Shown in pieces: positions 24,758 through 38,894 of a stretch of DNA of 64,000 nucleotides (within the stretch, counting starts at the first letter, position 1; each line of letters opens with the position of its first letter). The stretch covers positions 88,786,001 to 88,850,000 of the forward strand of contig NC_045697.1 of assembly GCF_009834535.1 (NCBI RefSeq), given 5' to 3'. Position numbers and translations under genes: made by a program. The DNA is from Camelus ferus (Eukaryota). The notes beneath the pieces are model-generated. The model was not told the origin of the DNA, did no database searches, and saw nothing but the letters and a program-made list of their open reading frames with translations.

Positions 24758-27700
24758 TCCCTGAAGTGAATTGTTATGAATCACTGGGTTTCATTTTCTT
24801 GAGACTGTGGTAGCTGTTACTTTCAGATTATTTCCCTTTTACCTTTGGCGGGTACATTTGTAATTTGGTAATAGAGAAAATTGCTAATGGGGGAAAAAGA
24901 TTCTCCTTTATTTAAAGTTGTACGGTAGCTGACATTTTCTTTTACACATTAAAGTGATCAACAAGTGTTTGTGAAATTGGTAAACTGGATGAATGTCCAG
25001 GTGCCTTCTGGAGGGAACAGAGCAGGTCACTGTCCTGCTTAATCACTTCATGTATTTTTACATTGGGGCAGGACACTGAAAAAATCTCTGTGAAAGAAAA
25101 ATACTGGGCAGTGAAGGTGCTGCTTCTGTGCTTTTGATCTGAGGACTCTGTTTGACATGAGATGGTGCACTTCTGGTTTCTTTCCTGATAGCCTTCTGCC
25201 TAAGGCCAAAGAGAAATGTCTAAGACCTTTGACTACTGGTGAAAAGAAGGAAAAGTGGTAATAATGATATGCATTGTTTTCCTTTTAGTAAATTATTTTT
25301 CTTTAATTTTTTCTGGTATTTTACCATTAAAATATAACTAATAGTAAAGATGATCTTTAATGCCAGGAAAAAGAAAAATTATATATCAACTATGTGTTAT
25401 TTTTTCCTTCACTTTCCTATTAATAGGAGAAAACACAGCTTTTAAAAAATTCTTGTCTCTCAAGCCTACAGCTAAGGTGTAGACTTTCGGTAGCACTCCA
25501 AAATATTTTTCTAGCGTGTATTAATGGATTTTGATTTGTATTTGCATGTTGGAATTTCTTTGGTGTTTATAATTAAATTTGAATGCACTTAGAGTTTCAA
25601 AGGATTGTAGTTTACATAACTTATGTTAATAGCTATAAATGGAGTTACAGATTTATCCTCAAAGTGAAGTTTTACTGACAGCTATATTTTAAGTACATCT
25701 ATACATACAGTGCTTTAAAAGTTAACCAGGCAGATTTTCCCAGCTGCCCAGCCAAAGAGCACTGTCCTCAGTGTCACAGTTCAGCTGAGCTGTCGTTATC
25801 TGTATGAAGTCAATCTTTTGAAGAAGGCAATGAAGGTTTTCTCTTATTTAATTTGCTTTCAACCAGACCTCTCTCTCTCTCTTTTTTTAATTTTAAGAAA
25901 TGCTCTTAGTAGGTCATTAGACTTTGAGAGTTATTCACTTTGTTAGGCCAAACACTAAAACCTTCTGTCTTTTAACTCTGATTAGTGACACTTTAATAAA
26001 GTCATTTGAAGTTCAGTGGACTGAATTTTCCAACTTTTCTGATGTTTCTATGGTCACGGAAAAGCAACCTGTATTGAAGCTTGTATACAATCTTTTAAAT
26101 GCAAATCTTGGAAAACTGTGTGTAATTTTGTATATCTGACTTCAGCGCTGACTGCAAGATGTAAGGGATTAAAATAAAAGTGGTTGCAGTGTTTTCCTTC
26201 TTTTTTGTTTTTCGAGTTGGGGTACAGTACGTGGTGGGAAATAGAGAAGTTGTCACTTGACTAAACTTGAGTCTTTGAGGATAAAAAATTGGTGGATAAA
26301 ACTTTTATAGCTATATCTTTTTTTTTTGACAAACCACTAGGACAAAACCTTATTTTTTCCCACATGACCAGATAATAAGGATAATGCAAAACTATTGAAT
26401 GAAAAATTTCTTAGAGACTGAGCTTTGAATTTTTTTTTTCGAAAAAGTATGTCCAATTGGATATAATTAAATCATGCACGGTGAACTCACTTTGGAGGAA
26501 TTAATGCGTTTTGTATTGGATTGTGGACTTGAATGAACATTTACAACACGTGAGAATGGAAAGGATGAAAAATTATGGTTGTCTTTCGGTTCACAAGAAG
26601 CCAAGGAGGCCGGTCATTGACTTGATTTTCATGGGAAGACTGATTCTTGCCTGCTCGCATATTCAGGGGCCGAACAACCTGGTATTGACAGCTGCAGTTT
26701 GGGAGGGGAACCAGGCAGCAAGCATTGTGCCATGGTTTGTTGAGGAAAAACAAGGGAAGATTTAAAACAAAGCTGTGAATAGGAACAGTAGTCCTTGTGT
26801 CCTGAGCTGCTTTCCCTCTGTAGTGCTTCGCGGAAGTGTTGCCCTTGTCTCTAAATAAGGTCTATACTGTGTGGAGAAAAATATTTCAGTTATATTTCAG
26901 TGACTCTCACTTACACTCTTTGAAGGGAATAAGGTGAACATGATTAATTGCGGATGCCGTAAAAAAGCAGAAGCCTGAGAGGTAGGTCCAGTGTTAGTCA
27001 AGGAATATATAAAAATACCAACTCTAAGAGGTTCACTTTTCCAAACCAAATGAATTCGTAGCCTTGCATTTTTTGGGAGTGGGATTTCTAAATCTTGGTA
27101 TTAATGAATGTGAATATTTGTATTCTATATTCAGTTGTCTAGGAAATATGGCTCGACATTTATTGCCTTAGTGAATCTTAAAAGACTTTTTTTTCTTTTA
27201 TATTAACTTACTTAATATGGATATTTCCTATGAATTAATTTTATGGAAATGCAACAGAAATGTTATTATGTAGTTGGGATCTAATCCCAACAATATCACG
27301 TATTCATGAGGGGCTTAATGTTTGTGCTTAGCAAGTGAAAACATCAATAAATTATGACAAGGTAATCGAGAAAGTAGTCGCTAACAGTGAATATAGCGAT
27401 ATGTTGCATTTTTAATGAATAAGAAAGTATCCTGTGCAATGATGAAAATGAATATTTATTTATGATGGAGCTGTCTTCTGAAAACCGATCAAAGAACAAG
27501 GGTGTTCTTTGAACTGGTATCTTGTGAGAATAACTGATAAGAAACGCTTTAATTTGGTTCCTATAACTTTAATTAGTGAACATCAACCATAGATATATAT
27601 TGCCACTTAATGTAATATATAGTTTAGGTCATACACATACATAATATACAACATATATTCTCTTACTAAATATATTTCAGTCATAGGAGCTGTTTTATAT

Positions 27701-27819
27701 GTAGAGATATAGACATATAGATGGAAAGACCAACCCATTAAAAAATGATACAACAAAGTTAAAGGAAGAAAGATCAGAAAAGCCAGTTCAGTAACATTTG
27801 CACATCTGCAGTATCTAGG

Positions 27820-27950
27820 GTACATGCTTCAGGAAGGTGGGGGATCCTTTCTGTCCTCATTTATCCTCAGTACTGTATCCCCTGCACTGAGTGCAATGCC
27901 TGGCAGCTAGAGGGCAATCAGTAATGGTTTATTGAAGAAGGGAATAAACA
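27820..27950 (+). mobile_element. L2 LINE 3' end relic
   Basis: 'ctgtatcccctgcactgagtgcaatgcctggcagctagagggcaatcagtaatggtttattgaa'. Confidence 0.65.
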
Positions 27951-30900
27951 GCACAGGATTACAGTGGGAGAAAAGTAATTAGTGTGAAAACTGTATTCTC
28001 AACCTAGATTGCACACTTTAGGGGCTGTATTGTTATTGTGTGGGTACGTAAAGTAATAATCCTGGAGAATATGTATAGATGATCTAAGTAAAAATTCCAC
28101 CTTGGAACCATATAATGCTGTCTGCATGGATAATCTCTGCCAAAAAAGACCTTGATAATGCTGTGTTTTACTTGTGATGGAAACAAGGCTTTTTTTTTTC
28201 CTCTAAAAGTGTGCTAAATTTATTTGAAAACTGAGGATATTTTATTTTAAAATGATCACATCCAAGAGAAAACTGCATTTATATTTTATGAAGTTAAACA
28301 ATATAAAAGAATCTGAGAGTTCTATGTTGATAATTCTCTGAAAATAGTAGTTGTTTTCTAAAATTCCAGTGAAATTCAGGAAGAAGTTTAGAAACTACAT
28401 AAATCATTGTATAAGTCATGATGAATTTGCTCATTAGGAATATTGCATATAGTTTTGGTTGCTGTAATTGAGAAAGATACAATGATACTGAAAAAGTGAC
28501 ACAAATTATCCAGAAGGCTTTAGAAAAGTAAATGAAAATATAAAATTTAGGGCTCTTAAGTCTAAGGGAAAAAATAAAAGGCATTTTTGTCGAAGTTTAT
28601 GAAATGATGTAAAGTATTGCTGAAACTGGCATTTGTTTAGAATTTCCCAGTATATTAGAGATAATGGCTAACACATGTAGCTTGAAGGAGACGTGTTTAC
28701 GAAAAGTAATATAACGTACAGTATTCTATTATATAATATAATATATTAACACATGTTGTGGACTGAATTATGCCAATATCATGAGATGAAATGGGTTGAA
28801 AGTATAAGATGAAAAGAGGTTTAAATCAATTTATGAATGGCTTTCACACTCTTCCACAAATGGCCCTGTGCTTCCAGAGCCAGAGATGAAATATTGGATC
28901 TAGGGCACTGGATCTTGTATTCTACATTAACTTCATACCTAGAGAGATTTATGGGGACTTAAGCAGGCAAATGACACAAATAGAATTACATATGTAATGT
29001 ATGCCATGGCTTGATTTAATATATATGCCCGCTTTTAAACTTTCAAGTATATCAGCGGTGCATTTTGGAATAAATGAATTCAGCTGGAATATTGTCATTT
29101 TATTTGACATTTGTATGTACATAACCTAGGTTCTCATTGTATGAAGATGCACAAAGCTTCATTTCAGAAATAAATGACTCATTAATTTTTACAAAGGTGA
29201 AGGGCAATACAAACTGATTACAATATGGCTTAATTCAATTCAGAGTGCTTTTGCAAGGCCCTAAACTCAATGTAAAATTTCAGACATTCATATTAAATTT
29301 ACAATTACTGACTACATTAAATGTATTCTGTAACTGTGGTCAGGTTTTATGTGTGAATCCATTAATTTCAATTAAATTTGGATTCAGTAAATTTCTGGTT
29401 ATTTAGTACTTCATAAAAATGCACATTTCACATAATAATTGACTAATGTATATTATGATTTCTCATAGATAGGACAGCTTCTTGAAGGAACACGAATTGT
29501 AAATTTTGATTCCTGCAATTCATACACTTTAGAGCCAGCTGAATGCCGAAGTAACTTGGTTATGCCTATCTTTGGTCACACTCAGTGTTTCCTTTCTTTC
29601 TCTTCAACAAGATGAAATGTTTGAAGCTTTTTCTTTACTTGGGTCATACAAATTAAAAAAACAAAAAAAAACGAGAAAACTATAGATTTTGGATTGGCCC
29701 TATATTCTCAGTAATTTTATCTTTATTTTCCAAGTACAAAAAATCAAAACTTCATCCTACTTTATTCAGATGATCTTCCAAAATTCTGTTCCTTAATTAA
29801 GCTGCTCTAAAAGAAAAAAAAATCAGTTCAATGACTTAGTTTCTTGTGTACAACAGAAAGAATCCAGTTTGGCCTTTGTATGCAGTGAAAGACTAGGAAG
29901 GAAGTATGTGTTGTATAGCCAGTGTTTCGAGTTGGTAGTTTTTGCTTTTGTTTACTGTTTCTCATTCAGTCTGAATGTCCCTATCTGTAACAGCTTTGGA
30001 GAAGCACCTTTGTCCCCAGAGCTGGCCTCCAGGAAGGCTTGGATCCTTATGAGTTTGGAGAAATGGGTACTGGCTGTCATCCATAGGAAAACAGAATAAG
30101 TTTACAGAGCTCCTGCTGATTTCCTTGAAACTTCTCTCTCATGCGCTGCAGTAAGCCGTATAATGTTACTAGGGACAGACACTAAGCATCCTTCTCAGCC
30201 AGGCCATCCATTAAACTAGAAGAAGAATGCCTGACCCATAAGGTAGGGTGGTTCATCATGTTTCCCGGGCTGATAATTTGAAATGAAAAGATCCTAAATG
30301 ATTGTTAGTATTCGTATTAGTGTTATTGAATTAGAGGCATGCGGATTGGGACTGAGGTTGCTCAGTAGAAGATTCCTGACTCCAGGCCTTGCATCTCTTG
30401 GCAGCCAACCACAGCCAGCACTGAGTGGATTTGCATATGGTCACATGACGTGGTTGATTGCTCAGATCGGAAAACACCTTGCTTTTTAAATTCTGTTTTA
30501 CCTCATTTTTGTCTCATGAACTTAAAGTTCAAAGGCAGTGAAACATGAATGTTTAATTTCAAGATTAAAATATTTATGAACCTAAGCTTGGTGCCACCCA
30601 TTTGGAATTAAAGTGTGCAGATGAAACGCAAGGACTGTTGTTGATACAGTAGCTACTTTAAAGTGCTTCATAACTTTCGTTTTGCTGTTGATTTTGGTCA
30701 ATGTGCTTTTTTTGCATTTAGTTTTGCAACTTTTAGTTTCAGCAGTATTAATCATAAATAAATGAGCAAAATAATTTCACATTTTCAAGAAACCACAAGT
30801 AATATGATACATGTTCCTTTGTTATCCCCTGCTGTCTTATTAAGAAACTTTTTCTAGTCATATTATTTGTGTCAGCCAGTCTGAAATACTGTGAATCTTC

Positions 30901-33900
30901 ACATTTTACTTTTTAGCAGAATAACTTCAATTTCATGGTACGTGCAAGAGCTCTTGTTTGTGCCACAGCTTTTTAACTGTCTCAGGTGGTAACTTGATTG
31001 TGCTAATATATAGAACTGAACTGCATGCGAAATTAAGAAGTACATAATGAATGACAGGGCAGAATTCTGTCAATGATTTTTCAGACTTGGTCAGTGAACA
31101 TCAGAAATATTTGTTCACATTTCCTTTTGTTCATGACTGATGACTAAATTTCTGTATTCACAGTTCTTCCTACCATGAGATATTCGTCATTCTGAGAAAG
31201 ATGAACTCTTCAGAATTATTCTGAATTCCCTCACTCCCTATAGAATTCTAGACTCTTCTCAACTCAGAATAAACTTGTTTTTGAAAGCTACCTCTCTTTA
31301 GACACAGGGTTTGGTGCAACAATTCAAATCATTTCAGAAAGATAGATCCTACCTATTCAAATATTTTGTATTGAAATTACAACAAACAGTAGATATATTA
31401 AACTTTTAACTTTATTATAGTATAACTTATTTTCTCTAACAAAACTTTTTAATAAAGGAATATAGTTGTCACAAAAAGTTGTTACTTTTAATTTTCATGG
31501 TTTAAAATAGTTATTATGATATACATTGAAGTACTGTGCTTAAATATAGTAAAATTCTAAGTAATTATATGAAGGGAAATTAAAATATTCTGGAAGCATT
31601 TTTGATCACTGAATGCAGTGATTTCCAAACTAAGAGCTGAAGAAGCTTTAAGGGCTGGGCAAAACTTTGTCACCAGTATTTCTCTCCATTATTTCAAGCA
31701 GAGTAGCTCCAAATTGAACTGTTTCAAATGTTTTCTTCCACCTAGCATTTTTAAAAATGTAACAATTCATTTTTCATGACCAAAAAAAAGTTTGAACAGA
31801 ATAGGTAATCACTAAGTGTTTTGTTTGAAAATGTACCAGCATGCAGGTTGCCAACAGATTTGGGAAATACATCTCCTATGCTTGACGGTTCCTCTTAAAT
31901 AAAGAGTACTTTTTTTCTGTGGTTGCTTTTTATGCCTATCTGTCAGTATTTTAAAGTACTCCATTTGTTACAGTAGGGATATTTTTTAAAGTGGGATTTG
32001 AGGATCCCTGATTTCAGAAGAGTGGTTTTTCAGATTGCTTCCCGAAACGGGTAACTAATGATAGGAGTGCTTTCCTCTGTGAGCGCCGCCAGTCTTCTTT
32101 GAGTGTTCAACACATATAAGCTGTCCTCCTATGAAATGAAACGGGGACTTTCTCATACTTCTCCAATACACTGCAACTTTGACACTGAAGGGAAAAAAAG
32201 CTAGCATCAACTCTATAGTTCATAAGACTGTATTAAGTTCTATTAGATGCAACAGCGGTGTTAGAAAAATGATTTACCTCTGTATTGCCGTCCTCATTAG
32301 TGTGCTTTGCACACAATGGACCTTCGATCAATATGTTTTTAATTCATAATTAGCCATCTTCTATATGGTAATGATAAAATATGATCCCACTCGAATTTGA
32401 AGATGTTTCCAATCCTTCTGAAATTTTAGAGGGGTACAAAATTTAGAAGGACATGAAAGGTGCGTTCTTAATGACTAATGCAGGTTTTAAATGACCCAAA
32501 CCAGATCTCATTTTTCAAGAAATGTTCAGTTCTATAGAAAGTTTGGCATTCAGTTAGAACGACTTCTTTATTCAAGCCATTTTACAATAATTTGAAAATG
32601 AAAACCAGCCAGCATTTAGTGATGATAGTCTACAGAAGTTTCACCAAAACGTTACTTCATCATAAACAAAGGAACTATTCATTGCCTGTTCGGCACCATC
32701 TCAACATCTGTCCACTATTGACTTGTCCACTTATATTGTTTGAGAATATGATATAGATTAAAATTTTCATTGTTTTCTTTTTAGTTTAAAATTGTGTTTT
32801 GCCCCATTGGAATTGGCCCAGAAGTGAGATAAATATGTTTCAAAGGAAGCTTTTTATAATATGTTTACTCTCTTTATCAATCTGTTAGTTTAGGACTTGA
32901 TATTATCTTTAAAAACAGAAATGTGTGTCTTTGGAATAAAACAGCGCTGTAGCACAGCCTATGGTTACATAGATTTGGAAGGTCCATGGGTCAAATTATA
33001 TATATCATTAAATAAAAAGTCTCAGTGATGGCATTGTGTTATAAAGGAGGTCTGTTGTTTCTGTAATATGAGTTACCCATATACATCTTTATTTATAAAT
33101 GTGTATTTATTACATTTATTCTTTATTGCAAAATATTTAATAACTGAAAGTTTCCCAATGAAGACTAAGTAAAATTTGTTTTGGTTGAACTGTGGTGTTT
33201 GAGAATTTACAGAACCATCATTATTGAATTGATCCAAAGGTCTCCAAAATGTTATATAATTAATCATCCTTCCTTCAGACTGAATTCATTTTTAGTAATA
33301 GGCAGATAGATATCTATGCTGTTATTCAACTAATCTGTCCAAAGTGTAATTTATAAGGTGAAAAAGTAAATACTGAAAATATGCTATTTAAAAAGAAATA
33401 ATGCCTATGTTTCAGACAAAGGTGGGAAATTATAATGCATCTTATAATATTTCAGAAAAATCCTATATATCACTATAACTAAAGTGGTTTTAAAAGATTT
33501 TTGCACCATATTTTCACAGTTATTAAATAAGCAAGTAAGTGATCATTTAATCTAATCAGCTGGTGTTAAAATTAGTGGAAAATTTTAATTTACCAGGAAT
33601 TCTTAGTGAATGAACTATTTTTGTTTGTAATCTTCAACATGTATTTTATTTGCTCTTGGATACACTTTTTGACTCAAATGTAGAGAGGAATAACCAGGAT
33701 ACTTTGGGATTACATGTGGATAGAATCAACTTTCAAAATTCTACACATAGATTCTTTTCATTGTGGTTACCCATAAATTAATTGTGATTCTTTCTTTGCT
33801 AATGGAATACTGAGCAAATTCTCACTCCTTTTTCCTACCCAATGTGTAGTAATAGGGAAAGCCAAATAAGGAAAGAGAGTCTCAGGCCAATTTAAACAGT

Positions 33901-34789
33901 GGTGGAGTTCACCGTTCTTAGTCCTAAGAAACCAGTTCAGGGAGAGAAAGGAAACCACAGTCTGAAGGGTCAAAGGCTATAGCTGGGAAATTAGTGTCAA
34001 GTCTCAAATCCAACAGGAAAATGGAGATAAAGATGGTAGGCAGGAGAATAGTGAACAAGCCTTGCAGAGTTTAATGAAAATAACTTATTAGAACAATTGA
34101 GTCAGAGGGAAGATGAATTTAAAGTTTAGTTTTTAACTTGATTAGGGTCCCGGGTCACATGGCGTCCTAAAGGAACTATTCAAAACAGTATTCTTAGAAT
34201 GGTTTCTGAATTAGATTCCAACACTGGGGGAATATCATAATAGTTTAGCTTCAACTGTTCATTTATATCATGGCAGCCTTTCCCATGATCATATTTTTCC
34301 ATCCAGATGTGCATATAAAGAAATTTAGTACAGCCTCTGCTTATCAATATTTTTGATACTTCCCTCTTCCCAAGTGATTTCCTGAATATCATCAACAATT
34401 TATATTTTTATCCCAGTTAGTTTTAGAGGGCCTTCATATGGTAAGAAAATTAAAGAACTTTTTAAAAGAAATACTGATTTCCAAGCAAATAATTTATAAA
34501 TGCATTTGTTAATTTCCTCTAATCCTAAAACACACTTCTTTACAGTAAAGTAAATAGCTTTTAAAATATCTATTAGAGCTGGTGAGCTATAACAGAATAT
34601 TTTGAAGCTATTCTCAGTAAATTGATATCCTCCACATATTCTAATCTATCAAAATCTAACTTAAATAAAAGTTCCTTTGATCCATCTCATTATAAGATAC
34701 ATTCCAGATCTGACTCCCAATACATTTGGGTAAAATGAAAAGAAAAATTTGATCCTGGTGTTGTGATGGTATGATAGATAAATTATCAT

Positions 34790-34960
34790 AGATGTGGTTT
34801 CAATCTCAGTTTTTTACCAGCTTTATGCTCTTGGTCTAGTTACTTAACTTTTGTGAACTTCTATTTTCTTATCTGTGAAATGAAGAAAACACCTACGCTC
34901 AGGGTTTTGCAAAGATTAAAGGATGTAATTTATGTATTGCACGTGTAACAGTGCCTTTTA
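34790..34960 (+). mobile_element. MIR SINE
   Basis: 'agttacttaacttttgtgaacttctattttcttatctgtgaaatg...acctacgctcagggttttgcaaagattaaa'. Confidence 0.75.
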
Positions 34961-37804
34961 TGTTATGGTGAAATATTTTACATCTTTTTCTCATTTGTTT
35001 CTGGTGATGTGGAAATGGTGGTTCAATGTATTTTTTTTTTCTCAACTAATCAATGGACTAAAGTGCATTGGAATGCGTGGTGCTTTCCTTTATTAAAGAG
35101 AGAAAAATATATGATAATGATGATGAAAGTGATTTCTAGGATTTTTTTTTTTTTTTTTTACAGATCATCTTGCTATAGGACCACTGACAGTTTGCCTAAA
35201 ACTGATACATAGAAGCACAAATAGTCTCTTCCTCCCCTCCAGTATATTTGTGTTGGAGGAATTTCTCTATCACAGCTGCATCCTTTGATTGACATAATAA
35301 TATCTTGTGAGTAGCAGCCCTGCTGCTTGGATCATGTTTTGTTTTCTGTCAGCAGTGTATCACCAGTATTTTCCTCAGTGGGCTAAACAGACCCCGAGTG
35401 GGAGGCTGATAAAAGCAGCCTCGTCCTCATGCATCACTTTGAATGATTTCAAAGAGAAAAGAGGCAGCTGTGACAGTGTTCACACGAGCCACTCAGGGTG
35501 GTCTTATCTTTGTAGTCTAACAATAATAGTACACCCTGCTCGCATTCCTCAGCTTGAGAAGAGCAGAGTCGCTTACGAGTCATACATTTTTACTCCTTGA
35601 CATGTCTTAAAATTGGATCTGTGATAAACGGACTGACATCTTTACCTCCCTGGGCAATTTGTCTTCAAAGTAAATGGAGAGAAGTGCTGTTTATGAATTT
35701 ATTGCATGTCTGAAGCAATATTTATTTTAAATAGATACTTGGACTAATATATAACAGATTGGTATTTATGTACACAGTCTGAAGGTTGGTTTTTATTTGA
35801 CTTATTAATGGGATATGAAAAGAAGTCTTCTACATGTGTAGATGATCATTATAGTAATAGTATTCTGCTCTAAAATTGTAGATCTATTTTGTTTGCCATT
35901 TTATAGGTCTTGAGCCATGTTTACCTATTTGGAAAGGTCCTGTGTGAAAATGATTTTTTAAAGTGACTGTATAATACAGGTGATAAGGCCAGATAATCTA
36001 AGTGAGATATAGTTGAGTTAGAGAACGTTGTATACATTTAGCCTCACACAATACACATACAAATGAAAGTCATTCACCAATGGCTAGATGGTGGGGCACT
36101 GCATTCAGTCTTTAATAGTCCCATGTTGAACAGTCATGAATCTAAAAATATACAAATTAATTTCCTCGAGGATGTGACTATGTCTTTGCATTTCTTCTGT
36201 TTTGTAACCTCATTGAAACCACCACCAGCATTTTCGCCCATTGCCTGCTGTTACACAAAGCATGTGGCACTAATGATGAAGGAATAAAAGGACAAGTGAA
36301 TACACCAGATGATGTGTTATATAAGATGAAATATAAAGCAATATTCAGATAAAAGGAATAATTGTGCTCAAGTGTAAAATCAGTGTTTTTGACACTCTGT
36401 AAATTAGAAAAAAACATTAAAATCTCTCAGGTATGATAAATGTGATCACAGAGTAGAATGCTAAATTTGTTTCTAGCAAATAAATATGTCTGAATAAGAT
36501 ATCCCTGATTCCAGTTTTTATGAATTTAGGCAGATGTACAATCTCTTGATCTATGATAAAAATAGTTGATTGCTCACTTAACTTGATATAGATTCTTATA
36601 GAGCAAACAAGACTTATAAAGCAAGACATGGGGTAGATTTATATTTTTTAACCCAGATGATTTTGGATCTTTAAGTAATTCTAACGAAACAAAGGAATCA
36701 AATGGAATTTTAATAGAAATTATTTCACTAATGTGCCCACTAGCATTTAACTAAGTGAAATATACACGTTCCAGCTGTATTTGATAACATTAGGTTTTCA
36801 CACAAAGACATAGGGGATGTTATTTTACTGCCCACTCTTGTGCAGTTTACTCCTTTCACTAAAGAAAAACAAAATATTTTATCTCCTCATTGCAGCTCAG
36901 ATTTGAAGTAACTGTTAAAGCAGTAGATCACTGAACACCGCTGGCACGTGCTCTATGGGTATGTTTGAATCAAAGAATTTTACAAAGGGCTCAGACCTTC
37001 CTCCTGGGAGCTGTCATTGACCACAGACGCTCTTGTTCATCGTGGGGAGTGGCCCCTGAGAACCTCTTAACGTTGTTTGTCAAATCCTACAGATTAATGA
37101 ACTGGGCCATATATCCCTTTCCCTTACCTTATGAAAGGAATAGCTAACTGCTCATAGAGCTGTAAGATTATTTCATTCTGCCCTTTGGCATGAGTTTCTT
37201 TTGTAGTTATTTAATCTTTCAATACATAAATCCAACTAGAGTTCTTTTAAGGAAGCCAGCAAGGATGGGGAAAGCCCCACTATTATTATTATGAGTGTGT
37301 AGTAGGGAAAAACGTAAATGAAACTTTGGTTGATTTACATTAGCCCTTTTTTTTCTTTAAAATAATTGTGTTTAATTTTAAGTCTTGATTTTAAAATAAT
37401 TGGGACTTGTTATCATATAGAAATCATCTGTTGTGTTTGTGAGAGGTACGATTTTCTGCTACCATTTACATCCACATTTTCTGTCTTTTGTGAGGATTTG
37501 GTGTGGGTTATAGATTTAGGAGCTGAAAATTATATCTGTTAGAAGAAGGAAGGCAACTAAGAAGTGGGAAGTAAGGCTGTGTACATTGTACTTTGTTTAG
37601 AACCCACATTCTGGGTATCATAAATCATACAAACTTGTTCACTCTCTGCTCTGTGATTATTTTACTGTTGTTTTATTTAGAAGGTAGTTAATTTTGCATA
37701 AGTAATAAGCATTCTTGTTGATTTGTATATCACATTTACGATCAAACTTAGAAGTTAAATGTTCAACAAAAAGTAGAAGCAGCCGCACAAACATCTCTAC
37801 ATAC

Positions 37805-37945
37805 AGCATTTACCAGATTCTGCTCTGTTGACACATAGTAGCACATTTAATGCCCCCAACAGTCTTGTGAGGTAGATACCACCATTCTCTCCATTTTCCC
37901 CATGAGAAAAATATAGACAGGTGGAGGCAACTGACCCAAGTTTAT
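37805..37945 (-). mobile_element. MIR SINE relic
   Basis: 'catttaatgcccccaacagtcttgtgaggtagatac...ccattttccccatgagaaaa...aactgacccaag'. Confidence 0.65.
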
Positions 37946-38894
37946 TAAGGCCAAGTGAAAATTCTTCTAACTGTAGTGATTAGGTTATATGTTCAATATC
38001 CTTGATTTTAGGGGTATTAATTATTTTCCTAATAAGTGAGTTATCTGTATTAGAATGTTAAACTGGCAATTCATGCTGAAAGCTAATATATATCCCCCAT
38101 ATCTTCTGCCTTCCTACATCTTTGCTCACTGGGATATTTTAAGACAATCACAGTTTATTTTTAATGCAAATGATTTATTTCATTGTGGCTTGTCATAGTG
38201 CTACTCAGTGAACCCAGTAATGAATAGTATGAGATTTTTCAGTCTTGAAAATATAATTATTTATGAGATCATTATTTCTAATTCTGCTGTACAATTTTCC
38301 TTTTAAATCAAAAGCATGTGCCTCCTTGTTGATATAAGTAATGTAATGCAAAAGGAAATTAGTCGCTTCAAAGGAAAAACTGAAATAGAGGAGAGTAACC
38401 ATGGGACGGAAAGTACGTGCATGAAATACTTGAAACATGACTGTGATGTGAGCATCCAGGGAATGAATACCCTTATGTTTTGCCTGTTTTTGTGTGTTGT
38501 TTTGTTGTTTTATTTTCTCATCCTGTTTATCTTTCTTTTATTCATGGGTCTTAGCCTGGATCTCTGGGGAGAAATAATTTCAAAGTTTACGCTTCTTAAC
38601 CTTATGGTGAAAACACTACTCTCCCCTGGAATCCACTCACCCAAGCTGCCCTAGATGGATTTTCCCCTGAACACAGTAACTGAACTTTGAGTGTCCTAGA
38701 GTCCTCTCCTTCTCTCCCTGCTGCCATCAGCTTTCCCTCAGTTTCTCCACTCTAATCAGCCTATCTTGTTTTCTTTTCTAGTTGCCCTCTGACATTCTAA
38801 AAGCTCACATGTTTCTTCACAAAGTTTCTCCTTTACACATTTTCAGCACCAGCACTTCCGTCACTCTAGGAATTACCACCTCCTTCCCTCTTTC

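Noticed and set aside
31209..31225. Palindrome TTCAGAATTATTCTGAA as a heat-shock element
   Set aside because: The nGAAn unit spacing is not canonical, and short AT-rich palindromes are expected by chance.
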